Shown: positions 34,940 through 43,851 of the stretch, piece by piece
How positions within the stretch are numbered: the first letter of the stretch is position 1
Layout: every line of letters begins with the position of its first letter
Source of the DNA: a virus
Length of the DNA stretch: 43,851 nt
Reading direction: 5' to 3' (one strand)
Virus genome (UHGV): UHGV-0172791
Position numbers and translations under genes: made by a program
The notes under the pieces: generated by a model
What the model saw: only the letters and a program-made list of their open reading frames with translations
Told to the model about the DNA's origin: nothing
Databases searched by the model: none

Positions 34940-37900
34940 ATGAACAAAAACTTTATGGCTCGTATATCGGCGATTATTACAGATTTCCAACGGAATATCA
35001 GAAAAGCTCAACGTATGGCAAAAACTGAAATACCCGATGAAATCGAAACACAAGTCGATGCTAACATAAGCAAATTTAAACGAGCCTTAAATACTGCTAA
35101 AGCAATGGCTCAGCGTTGGAGAGAACACACCGTTGATATAGACGGAAATGCCAACCCTGTTAAGCGAGCGATTGCAGTAGTTAGAGAAAAACTACAACAG
35201 TTAAGAGATAAAGAAGTAGACATCAAGGGGAATAATAATCCCTTAAAACGTTCTGTACTAGGTGCTAAAGCTATGCTTGCAACCTTACACGATAAAACAG
35301 TACACGTTAACTTTGACACAAGAGGTATGACAAGAGCACAAGTGCTGACAAGAGCGTTAGGTCAATCATTAGATGAATACGGCGATAAAATGGACGCCTT
35401 AGCAACTAAGATAAGAACATTCGGTACTGTATTCGGACAACAAATTAAAGGTATGTTAATCGCGAGTTTTCAAGGACTTATTCCTATCATAGCTGGATTA
35501 GTACCTGCAATCATGGCAGTAGCTAACGCATTAGGTGTAGTTGCTGGTGGTGCATTAGGAGTAGCTGGTGCATTTGGTATTGCTGCAAGTGGTGCATTTG
35601 CATTTGGTGCTATGGCAGTAAGTGCAATTAAAATGTTGAATGACGGAACATTACAAGCTACTGCGCAAACAAGAAGATACCAAGCGTCTTTAGAACAAGT
35701 TAAATCAACATGGGAAGGCATTATCAAACAAAATCAAGCTCAAATATTCAATACGTTATCTAACGCTTTAGATACTGTTAACGTAGCTTTAGGACGTATG
35801 AAACCATTCTTAGCAGGTATCTCTAAAGGAATGGAACAAGCGTCACAGAGCGTCTTAAAATGGGCTCAAAACAGTCAAACTGCGAGTAAGTTCTTTAACA
35901 TGATGAATACAACAGGCGTTAAGACATTCAACACATTATTAAGTGCTGCAGGACGTTTTGGTGACGGACTTATTAATGTGTTCACGCAGTTAGGTCCACT
36001 ATTCTTATGGACTGCTAAAGGTTTAGATAATTTAGGTAAGAAGTTCCAAAACTGGGCTAACAGCGTAGCAGGTCAGAACGCTATTAAATCATTTATTGAA
36101 TACACTAAAACTAATTTACCTAAAATAGGTCAAATATTTGGCAATGTATTCATGGGTATTGGTAACTTGATGAAAGCATTTGCTCAAAACAGTTCTAATA
36201 TCTTTGATTGGCTAGTTAAAATGACTGCTAAGTTTAGAGAATGGTCTGAACAAGTTGGTAAATCTGAAGGGTTTAAAAAGTTTGTTCAGTATGTACAAGA
36301 GAATGGACCGGTTATTATGGATCTAATCGGTAATATCGTAAGAGTGTTGGTTGCGTTCGGTACTGCAATGGCACCAATAGCAAGTGTGATATTAAAAGTA
36401 GTAACGGCGTTAGCTGGTTTCATCGCTAAGTTGTTCGAAACACACCCTGCTATAGCACGTATGGTCGGAATATCCATGATACTTGGTGGTATGTTGTGGG
36501 CTTTATTAGCACCAATTATTGCGGTAGGTACATTGTTAGAAACGTTCTTTAGTAGTAGTTTATTCAAAGCTATGACTAAAATGTTAGCTTTTGCTAGAAA
36601 CACTCAAATACTTAGAAGTGCATTAAACTTAGTGAAAATAGCTTTCAGACTCCTCATGAGCCCTATAAGTACAATTATGCGTATCTTACCTATGTTAAGT
36701 GGTGCTTTCCAAGCATTAGGTGTAGCTATAGGTGCGATTTCATGGCCTGTATTAGCTATCATAGGCGTTATTGTTGCTTTAATAGGAATTATTGTTTGGT
36801 TATGGAAAACAAACGAGAATTTCAGAAAAACTTGCATTGAAGCTTGGAACACGATTAAAGATACGATAATGAACGCTGTAAAATCAGTGATTAACTGGTT
36901 TAATCAGTTCAGAGCGTCTATACAACAAACATTGCAACCTATTATTCCTATCTTACAAATGTTAGGTCAAGTAGCTAACCAAGTTTTAGGCTTCTTATTC
37001 ATCAGTCTTATTAACGGTGTAGTAATGGCGTTCCAATATCTATGGACTATCGTTTCAGTAGTATTCACTGCGATAGGTGGAATTCTACAAGCTGCGTCAC
37101 AATTATTCATTGGATTAGCTACAGCATGGATACAACTTTTATCAGGCGACATACCTGGAGCGTGGCAGACATTACAAACTATGACGCAAAACGTGATGAA
37201 TACCATTTGGAATACCATATTGTCAATCTGGAACCAAATTTCTAACTTCATATTCAACGTTTTAAACAGAATACTTGGTACTAATATTACAAGTTGGAAC
37301 CAAATTTGGTCTGTGATTTCGGGTGCTGTTATTAGAATTTGGAACACTGTAGCAAGTTGGTTTTCACGTGTAGTTTCAACTGTTGCTCAAAAAATGATGC
37401 AAGCACTCAGTCGTGTGATTTCTGGCGGTGCGCAATGGGTTTCAAGCATCATTTCTGCAATGAGTAGATTTTTACAAGCAGTAGTTAGTGGTTTCTTCAG
37501 AGTGGTCGGCGCTGTTGGAAATGGCATGAGAAACGCATTAAATCGAGCGCGCAGTTTTATTGGTCATTTCTATCAAGTAGGCGTTGATATGATAGCTGGA
37601 ATGATAAGAGGTATCGTTCAAAAAGCTAAAGATTTAGCAGCAGCTGCATGGAACGCTGCAAAAGGTGCATTGAACGCTGCGAAAAGCGCTTTAGATAGTC
37701 ATTCTCCTTCTCGTAAATTCATACAACTAGGTAATGATAGTATGACTGGATTAGGTATGGGTATCTCTGAATATGCAGGAAAAGCTGCAAGAGAAAGTAA
37801 ATTAGCGGCATTAAAAGTTATGGATGCCTTCAACGCAGACTTAAAACCGGACTTTTTAGAAGAAGGATTGGCTGGTTTAGGAAATTCTTTCGATGCACAT

Positions 37901-38044
37901 ATGAGTAAAGACGTACGCCATAGCATGCAAGAGAACAATAAACCTATCGTCAACGTGACTGTTCGCAATGAGTCAGATATACCAGCTATTAAATCATACA
38001 TTGAAGATTCCAACTCAAAAGACGCAAGTTTCGGATTATTTTAA
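34940..38044 (+). CDS. Tail tape measure protein
   Basis: 1034 aa, N-terminal coiled coil, long hydrophobic Gly/Ala-rich central segments. Confidence 0.9.
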   Translation: MNKNFMARISAIITDFQRNIRKAQRMAKTEIPDEIETQVDANISKFKRALNTAKAMAQRWREHTVDIDGNANPVKRAIAVVREKLQQLRDKEVDIKGNNNPLKRSVLGAKAMLATLHDKTVHVNFDTRGMTRAQVLTRALGQSLDEYGDKMDALATKIRTFGTVFGQQIKGMLIASFQGLIPIIAGLVPAIMAVANALGVVAGGALGVAGAFGIAASGAFAFGAMAVSAIKMLNDGTLQATAQTRRYQASLEQVKSTWEGIIKQNQAQIFNTLSNALDTVNVALGRMKPFLAGISKGMEQASQSVLKWAQNSQTASKFFNMMNTTGVKTFNTLLSAAGRFGDGLINVFTQLGPLFLWTAKGLDNLGKKFQNWANSVAGQNAIKSFIEYTKTNLPKIGQIFGNVFMGIGNLMKAFAQNSSNIFDWLVKMTAKFREWSEQVGKSEGFKKFVQYVQENGPVIMDLIGNIVRVLVAFGTAMAPIASVILKVVTALAGFIAKLFETHPAIARMVGISMILGGMLWALLAPIIAVGTLLETFFSSSLFKAMTKMLAFARNTQILRSALNLVKIAFRLLMSPISTIMRILPMLSGAFQALGVAIGAISWPVLAIIGVIVALIGIIVWLWKTNENFRKTCIEAWNTIKDTIMNAVKSVINWFNQFRASIQQTLQPIIPILQMLGQVANQVLGFLFISLINGVVMAFQYLWTIVSVVFTAIGGILQAASQLFIGLATAWIQLLSGDIPGAWQTLQTMTQNVMNTIWNTILSIWNQISNFIFNVLNRILGTNITSWNQIWSVISGAVIRIWNTVASWFSRVVSTVAQKMMQALSRVISGGAQWVSSIISAMSRFLQAVVSGFFRVVGAVGNGMRNALNRARSFIGHFYQVGVDMIAGMIRGIVQKAKDLAAAAWNAAKGALNAAKSALDSHSPSRKFIQLGNDSMTGLGMGISEYAGKAARESKLAALKVMDAFNADLKPDFLEEGLAGLGNSFDAHMSKDVRHSMQENNKPIVNVTVRNESDIPAIKSYIEDSNSKDASFGLF

Positions 38045-38059
38045 AGGAGTGATTGTTAA

Positions 38060-38998
38060 TTGATATTACATGATGTTGAGGTATACAAAAATAAAGAACG
38101 TTTGCGTATTAGTAACAATCGCTTTACTGGTACTGCGTTGAGAGTTGTTTCTTACGATGTTAAAGGTGCAGGCTATGACCGAAAGTTTGATGAAATTGAT
38201 CGTGTTAACGGTAGATTTCATAATGCTACTAAAGAAGAAAAGAAAAGTATATCTATGACGGTTAGGTACGATGTAGAAAAGATAGCTTACGCTTCTCATT
38301 TAAAAGCGAACATACAAGCTATGCTAAGAGGTCATTTTTATCTTAGAGAATTAGCAACGTCCGAAAGTGAAATTAAATTTGAAAATATATTCGAGCCTAA
38401 AAACCAATCTTTCGAATTGGAATATGTTGATGGTAGGCAAATATTCGTCGGTTTAGTTAACGAAGTGTCATTCGATACTACTAAAACGTCAGGTGAATTC
38501 ACACTAGATTTCGAAACGATTGAATTACCATACTTTGAGAGTATTGGGTATAGTACAGATTTAGAAAAAGAGAGTGGTAATTTGAATAAATGGGGTATTC
38601 CAGACAAAAATCCGTTCAACACATCTCATAAAGAACGTAGATACACATTTTATGACACTAAAGTGGGCGATGTATATTATGGTGGTACAGCTGAAATAAA
38701 CCAATTCAACCAAGACAGTGTTGTAGAAATGGTTCTAGGAGAAAACGTTAGCAAAAAAGATAGTGACGGTTTCAACTTCTACATGACACATAGCGACATT
38801 ATGAAAATAAGCGGTTTAGAGTTGAAAGCAGGAGATGTTATAAAATTTGACGGTATCCATGTATATCGTAATAACTTACGTATTGATGATTACAACAAGA
38901 CAAAACAACAACCTGTGTTAATGCCTGGTTGGAATACTTTCCATACTACTAAGAAACTTCAAAAAATCACGTTTAAACACAAAAGATATTACTTGTAA
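38060..38998 (+). CDS. Distal tail protein (Dit)
   Basis: 312 aa directly after tape measure. Confidence 0.6.
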   Translation: MILHDVEVYKNKERLRISNNRFTGTALRVVSYDVKGAGYDRKFDEIDRVNGRFHNATKEEKKSISMTVRYDVEKIAYASHLKANIQAMLRGHFYLRELATSESEIKFENIFEPKNQSFELEYVDGRQIFVGLVNEVSFDTTKTSGEFTLDFETIELPYFESIGYSTDLEKESGNLNKWGIPDKNPFNTSHKERRYTFYDTKVGDVYYGGTAEINQFNQDSVVEMVLGENVSKKDSDGFNFYMTHSDIMKISGLELKAGDVIKFDGIHVYRNNLRIDDYNKTKQQPVLMPGWNTFHTTKKLQKITFKHKRYYL

Positions 38999-39011
38999 GG
39001 AGGTTGCTTAA

Positions 39012-40868
39012 TTGCCAATATTATTAAAAACATTACAGGGCATTGGGCAATCCCTACCTGTAGAAACAAAATTAAACGAGAAATTAAATGAAGATGGCTC
39101 CTTAGAAATAGAAATGGTAGAAAACAAAGCTACATTTGACGCTATAGGGGCTATTACTAAAATGTGGACGATTACAGGTGTTGGTGGTGCTGATGATTTA
39201 AACGAATACCGTATCGTTATGTTAGACAAAACAACTGTAGGTCAAAAGGAAAAGTTAACAATCAAAGCGCGACCTGTTGAATTAGATGACCTAAACAATT
39301 TAAGGGTGTATGAAGTATATAACGGTAGTTTTACAGGAAAAAGCTACTTTGACTTAGTTTTTAAAGATACTGGATATAAGTACGAATTACACGCTAAGGT
39401 TTCATCTTCTAGGTTTGAAAATCTAGGTAACCACGACACTAATTTAGAATTATTCAAAAAAGGTTTGGAAAGATATAACTTAGAATATGAATATAACGCC
39501 AAAACAAAGACGTTTCATTTATATGATATTGTTCAAAGAAAAGCTAACTATTACATTAAAGCAGGTGTCAATGCTAATAATGTAAAAGTTCAAGAAGATG
39601 CTTCTAAATGTTACACATACATTAGAGGATATGGTGGCTTTGATGAGCAACAAACTTTTAACGAAGCTAGTTTGCAATATGAATACACAGACCCTTTAGC
39701 TGACCTTATAGGTAAACGACATGCGCCACCCGTTGTAGATGGACGCATAACTAAAGGGGATACACTCAAAAAAGCTATGGAGTTAGTTATACAAGAGAGT
39801 TTAAAAACGTCTGTAACACTAGATTTCATTTCTTTACAAAAACATTTTAAAGAAGCAATTCCTAAAGTCGGAGATATAGTTAATGTCATTGACGACCTAA
39901 TAGGATTGAATAAATATGTAAGAATTATAGAAATCACTACACATCGAGATATTAACAACAAGATTATCAAACAAGACGTAGTACTTGGGGAATTTAGATT
40001 ACAAGATAGATACATGAAAGCAGTAAATACTGCTGCGAATTATGTTAAAGCTATCAAATCTAACAAATCTGATCCAGCTAAAGATTTAAGGATGATTCAA
40101 GCGCAAAACAATGCAAATACTAAGACCGCACAAGATTTGCAGAAGAAAACCGATGATATAAAAAGAAAATTAGAAAGTGCACATGCAAAGAGTGTTACAA
40201 CTGCAAATGGTACTATCGTTCACGACTTTACACCTAAGTCTAAGATTAGAAAAGTCAAAACAATAGGTACTATTGGAGATTCTGTTGCTAAAGGTTCAGG
40301 TGCTAAAACCAACTTTACGCAAATGTTAGCTAAGAAGATTAAGGCTAAGTCAACTAACTTAGCTGTTAGTGGTGCGACAATGAGCACAAACAAAGAGAAT
40401 AGTATTTATGATCAAGCAACTAAAATTAAAGCTGATTTAATCATTGTTCAAGGTACAGATGATGATTGGACTAATGATATTAATATAGGCACTGATAAAA
40501 CGGATACTAAAACGTTTTACGGTGCCTTTTATAGTGCTATCTCTAAAATCAAGAGTAATAACCCTAAATCTAAAATAATCGTTATGACACCTACTAAACA
40601 GTGTTATATAAAAGACGGTAAAACCATAAGAAAAGACACTACTAAGAATGGTTTGGGTCACACTTTAGCTGATTATGTAGATGTTCAAATAGACGCTTGT
40701 AACGAACTAGATATACCTGTGTATGATGCTTATCATTCAACGCAATTTAAACCTAATATACCTTCGTACAGAAAATCGAGTATGCCTGACGGAGTCCACC
40801 CTAATGAAAAAGGGCACGAGGTCATTATGTATGAATTGATTAAAAACTTTTATGGTTTTTATGGCTAA
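39012..40868 (+). CDS. Tail-associated (Tal-like) protein with C-terminal SGNH/GDSL hydrolase domain
   Basis: 618 aa; C-terminal GTIGDSVAKGSG...VQGTDDDW...DGVHPNEKGH SGNH blocks. Confidence 0.6.
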   Translation: MPILLKTLQGIGQSLPVETKLNEKLNEDGSLEIEMVENKATFDAIGAITKMWTITGVGGADDLNEYRIVMLDKTTVGQKEKLTIKARPVELDDLNNLRVYEVYNGSFTGKSYFDLVFKDTGYKYELHAKVSSSRFENLGNHDTNLELFKKGLERYNLEYEYNAKTKTFHLYDIVQRKANYYIKAGVNANNVKVQEDASKCYTYIRGYGGFDEQQTFNEASLQYEYTDPLADLIGKRHAPPVVDGRITKGDTLKKAMELVIQESLKTSVTLDFISLQKHFKEAIPKVGDIVNVIDDLIGLNKYVRIIEITTHRDINNKIIKQDVVLGEFRLQDRYMKAVNTAANYVKAIKSNKSDPAKDLRMIQAQNNANTKTAQDLQKKTDDIKRKLESAHAKSVTTANGTIVHDFTPKSKIRKVKTIGTIGDSVAKGSGAKTNFTQMLAKKIKAKSTNLAVSGATMSTNKENSIYDQATKIKADLIIVQGTDDDWTNDINIGTDKTDTKTFYGAFYSAISKIKSNNPKSKIIVMTPTKQCYIKDGKTIRKDTTKNGLGHTLADYVDVQIDACNELDIPVYDAYHSTQFKPNIPSYRKSSMPDGVHPNEKGHEVIMYELIKNFYGFYG

Positions 40869-40882
40869 GGAGGTCAAAAAAT

Positions 40883-43549
40883 TTGAAATTAGATAATTTA
40901 ATCACGAAACTTCACTCGTACTTTAGTCAAAAGTTCGTGAGTCAACTAGAAGATAACTTCGAACAAATAAAATACTGGACTAATAAAAGTGATGATACAT
41001 TTAACGAACATTTAACCACTCAAAAAAACGCACACACTACTGATCAAATCAAACACAAAACTACAAAAGGCGAAGATGTTGTCTTATCCAATCACGAAAA
41101 TTATCAAGACGAACTCATTGAACATCTTGTGTTAGGTCATAATGGTGATGGCAATAATGAATTAAAGGCTAGTCACACATCAATGGACGCTCAAAGTTTC
41201 GATTCATTACATCAACGTCTATATCATGACTTTTTAAGAGAAAGCAACGCTAGAGAAGAACTAAGAGCAGATTTAACTAAGAAAATACAACGTATTGTTA
41301 ACGTTGATGATTTCGGAGGAGATCCAACAGGACAAAAAGACAGTACAAAGGCATTTCAAGACGCATTAGGCAACGGGAATGTACAGGTAACTATGAGTGG
41401 TGGTACTTACCTTACAACAGGAATTAAAATGCCTAACAACTCACGTTTGGTTGGGCAAGGGAAAGACATAACTACAATTAAGTTTATGGACGAAACACCG
41501 GCAGAAAATATCGGTATCACTAACTTGAAAATGAGTGGTGGAGCTAAAAATATTTCATTAGAAAGCTTTTCGTTCAACGGGAATAAGTTCAGACAAAATA
41601 AAACACTTAAAGCTACCGGTGGCTCTCGTTCATCTAACATTAGATTTGCAGGTGTGACAAACGGTTACATCTATAACGTTAAGTCATATGACGCTTTACT
41701 ACATTGTATCGATGTAACGTATGCAAATGACAATTATTACTACGAGGGTGATGGTAATCGCGTCCCTTATTCATTAGAAAGTAAACATATATTCATCGAT
41801 AATTGCGAGGTATATGGTTGCGGAGATGACGGTATTACTACTCATCACTCTCGTTACATTACGATTTCTAATTGTTATGCACATACACCAACAGGTGGAA
41901 GTAATAACAACGGTATAGAAATTGACGATGGTTCACAATATGTTTTCTTATCGAATAATAGAACTAAAGGTAACTTCGGTGGTTTAGAAATCAAAGCGCA
42001 CTCAAATGCAAATGCAGCAAGTGGAGTATTTGTAAACGGGCACATTTCTATCGAAGATACAAGGGCGTACAACATTCGACACATCGGTCATCATAGGGCT
42101 AAAACGGACAATAAAAGTTTGACTGCTTATGACGTGGTGCTAAATAATTGCTTAGCTTTAAATCCTAAATACAATGGTGTGTATCCGGGCTCAACACCTA
42201 GAGCATTATTAATCAGTGCTTATAAAAATGTATCGGTCAATAATTTCACTGCAATTGGTGATGATGATTTCGGAAAATTAGAAGGTGGAAAACTAGATAC
42301 GAAGCAACCGGCAATCGCTATTCAGTTTATGTCTGAAAATATTTTACTTAATAACATTAATGTACGTAACTTTAAAAATGCCGAAGTCGATATCAGGTTA
42401 TTCGGCGGAGATAATAGACCGTCTAGAGTATCACTAAATAACATAAATATTTGGAATTCATCTAACAATATTGGTATCGGTGTTGGAAGTAAAATATACG
42501 ACACTAAAATAACTAATTGTAACTTACACGGCAATGGTTCAGGTATAGGATTACGTTTGACAAATAACCACGCTATGATTAGCGGCGTCACAGCTGATAA
42601 TTATTCAACTTCTGCATGGATAGCAGGAGAAAAGTACGACACACCACCTACAGTAGGAAAAGGCGGCGCTAGTATAGCGTCTACAGGAAGTGCTGGTGTA
42701 GCAAACGCTAGTGCAGTTATTGCGTCAACAGGAGGTTCGAAAGCATACAGTAATCGTAGCTTTGTATTAGGTTCTGGTGCTAACTCCAAATCTTATGGAT
42801 CACGTAGTGGTATTATCAACTCGTTGAATTCAGAAACAGACAAGTCAGGACACACACAATTAATTCTTAATAGTAATCGTGTTAAGTCACCTGGTAACTA
42901 TCACGTTGTTGCTGGATATGGTTCTAGTGGTAATGCTTCTACATCTAACATTAAATTTGATTTAAGCACTTATTCAGGGAACTTAACTTTAGCCGGTCAA
43001 CTTAAACAAGATAGTGCCGATATTGCAGAGTTATTTGAGTCGCAGAGTGGATTAGCGATTGAGTTAGGAACTATCGTTACATTAGACGGTGACAAGATAA
43101 GAAAAGCGCAACCTAATGACACACCAATAGGTGTTATATCTGGAACTGCTGCATTGGTAGCGAACGAAAAAACATTCCACCACAAAGATAGATTTCTTAA
43201 AAACGAATACGGGGTAACTATCACGAATAGAAAGCAAGTTGAATTTGTAGATGATGAGGGCAACGTTTCGTTCGAGTGGCGTGATGTACCAGTAGAAAAC
43301 CCTGATTATGACGATAGCATTAGTTACGAATCTCGTTCAGAAAGACCTGAATGGAATGTAGTCGGATTATTAGGTCAAATCTACACAAACATTGAAAAAG
43401 ACGTTATACCAGGTGACTATATCAACGGTAGAGCAGGTGTAGGTTACAAAGATAATGTAAATGGTAAAGGTAGAGTCATGAAGATAACTTCTGAATATAC
43501 TGAAGAACGTGGTTGTGCAATAGCATTAGTATTGTGGGGTGCTAAATAA
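40883..43549 (+). CDS. Receptor-binding / tail spike-like protein with right-handed beta-helix and possible C-terminal chaperone-like region
   Basis: 888 aa; pectate-lyase-like repeats (NNGIEIDDGSQYVFLSNN, GIGVGS..ITNCNLHGNGSGIGL); Ser/Gly-rich linker. C-terminal block DSADIAELFES...RGCAIALVLWGAK is only suggestive of an intramolecular-chaperone domain. Confidence 0.55.
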   Translation: MKLDNLITKLHSYFSQKFVSQLEDNFEQIKYWTNKSDDTFNEHLTTQKNAHTTDQIKHKTTKGEDVVLSNHENYQDELIEHLVLGHNGDGNNELKASHTSMDAQSFDSLHQRLYHDFLRESNAREELRADLTKKIQRIVNVDDFGGDPTGQKDSTKAFQDALGNGNVQVTMSGGTYLTTGIKMPNNSRLVGQGKDITTIKFMDETPAENIGITNLKMSGGAKNISLESFSFNGNKFRQNKTLKATGGSRSSNIRFAGVTNGYIYNVKSYDALLHCIDVTYANDNYYYEGDGNRVPYSLESKHIFIDNCEVYGCGDDGITTHHSRYITISNCYAHTPTGGSNNNGIEIDDGSQYVFLSNNRTKGNFGGLEIKAHSNANAASGVFVNGHISIEDTRAYNIRHIGHHRAKTDNKSLTAYDVVLNNCLALNPKYNGVYPGSTPRALLISAYKNVSVNNFTAIGDDDFGKLEGGKLDTKQPAIAIQFMSENILLNNINVRNFKNAEVDIRLFGGDNRPSRVSLNNINIWNSSNNIGIGVGSKIYDTKITNCNLHGNGSGIGLRLTNNHAMISGVTADNYSTSAWIAGEKYDTPPTVGKGGASIASTGSAGVANASAVIASTGGSKAYSNRSFVLGSGANSKSYGSRSGIINSLNSETDKSGHTQLILNSNRVKSPGNYHVVAGYGSSGNASTSNIKFDLSTYSGNLTLAGQLKQDSADIAELFESQSGLAIELGTIVTLDGDKIRKAQPNDTPIGVISGTAALVANEKTFHHKDRFLKNEYGVTITNRKQVEFVDDEGNVSFEWRDVPVENPDYDDSISYESRSERPEWNVVGLLGQIYTNIEKDVIPGDYINGRAGVGYKDNVNGKGRVMKITSEYTEERGCAIALVLWGAK

Positions 43550-43851
43550 TGGAATTAGAAAAAGTAGGTAAACTCGATTTAAATGAAGAACCATATTTAC
43601 AACCGATATCTAATAGAGGTATCGGTTTTTATAATCTCGATAAAAACACTGCTAAATTTCAATTTGTAGTACAAAAAGATAACAAACCTTTGTTAATCAG
43701 TGACAAAAACGTTAAGGGTTATGCTTTCTTTAAAGCTGCGAATGGAACAGAAGAAAAACGACCTAGTACATCAGGTGTATTAGACGTAGAATTCATTGAT
43801 CCAATGAAAGGGTTAATAGGTGTTACGGTACCGCAATGGTTTTTAAAAAAC
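43549..43851 (+). CDS. Tail fibre N-terminal (BppU-like) 101 aa, 3' truncated by window; in frame with ORF at 1..1230
   Basis: ATG overlaps upstream stop (TAATGG); MELEKVGKLDLNEEPYLQ...; window ends on a codon boundary. Confidence 0.55.
   Translation, partial: MELEKVGKLDLNEEPYLQPISNRGIGFYNLDKNTAKFQFVVQKDNKPLLISDKNVKGYAFFKAANGTEEKRPSTSGVLDVEFIDPMKGLIGVTVPQWFLKN

Larger units (their letters stand above)
1..43851. mobile_element. Temperate siphovirus (Staphylococcus-type) genome, apparently complete and circularly permuted in this window
   Basis: Continuous phage modular gene order (lysis, att/int, lysogeny switch, replication, late activator, packaging, head, tail); AT-rich Staphylococcus-like codon usage; Shine-Dalgarno GGAGG-type RBS throughout; no host housekeeping genes at either edge. 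Confidence 0.8.

Noticed and set aside
35470-37347. Several 60-130 aa minus-strand ORFs inside the tape-measure gene (35470-35727, 36286-36852, 36967-37347)
   Set aside because: Antisense to a 1034-aa gene with a strong structural signature; Ala/Gly-rich artefacts of the repetitive tape-measure sequence.
1-43851. Integrated prophage with flanking chromosomal genes, tRNA genes or virulence toxin cargo (PVL, sak, enterotoxin)
   Set aside because: Both window edges are phage structural sequence. No tRNA-like cloverleaf candidates or host housekeeping genes were seen. No ORF resembles known staphylococcal toxins.

Overview
AT-rich window that reads as an essentially complete temperate siphovirus genome of the Staphylococcus phi11/80alpha-like modular type. 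Order of modules: 3' part of a tail-fibre gene; lysis cassette (XkdX-like, tail-associated CHAP/glucosaminidase hydrolase, SGNH protein, holin, CHAP-amidase_3-SH3b endolysin); an accessory 'moron' locus; a candidate attP; a large serine-recombinase integrase (minus strand); a lipoprotein; the ImmA/cI/cro/antirepressor switch; a replication module (Gp157-like, Sak4-like ATPase, DnaD-like initiator with internal iterons, DnaC-like loader, RusA); dUTPase and many small ORFs; a RinA-like late activator; terS/terL/portal/minor head/scaffold/capsid; head-tail joining genes; major tail, G/GT chaperones with a -1 frameshift, tape measure, Dit, Tal-like, beta-helix RBP; and the 5' part of a tail-fibre gene. 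The first and last ORFs are both cut by the window edges and join in frame, so the window looks like a circularly permuted whole phage genome. Most notable are two probable group I introns. One is ORF-less and splits the tail hydrolase CHAP domain directly after the catalytic Cys codon. The other carries an HNH homing endonuclease and splits an HK97 gp10-like head-tail gene. Also notable are a third free-standing HNH endonuclease, a 46-bp palindromic candidate attP abutting the serine integrase, and accessory loci that are the best candidates for undescribed functions. These are two paralogous small membrane peptides with their own promoter and a palindromic operator, and oppositely oriented small genes driven by a duplicated promoter module. 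No rRNA, tRNA or CRISPR array seen. All functional calls come from motif recognition by eye; no database search was possible.
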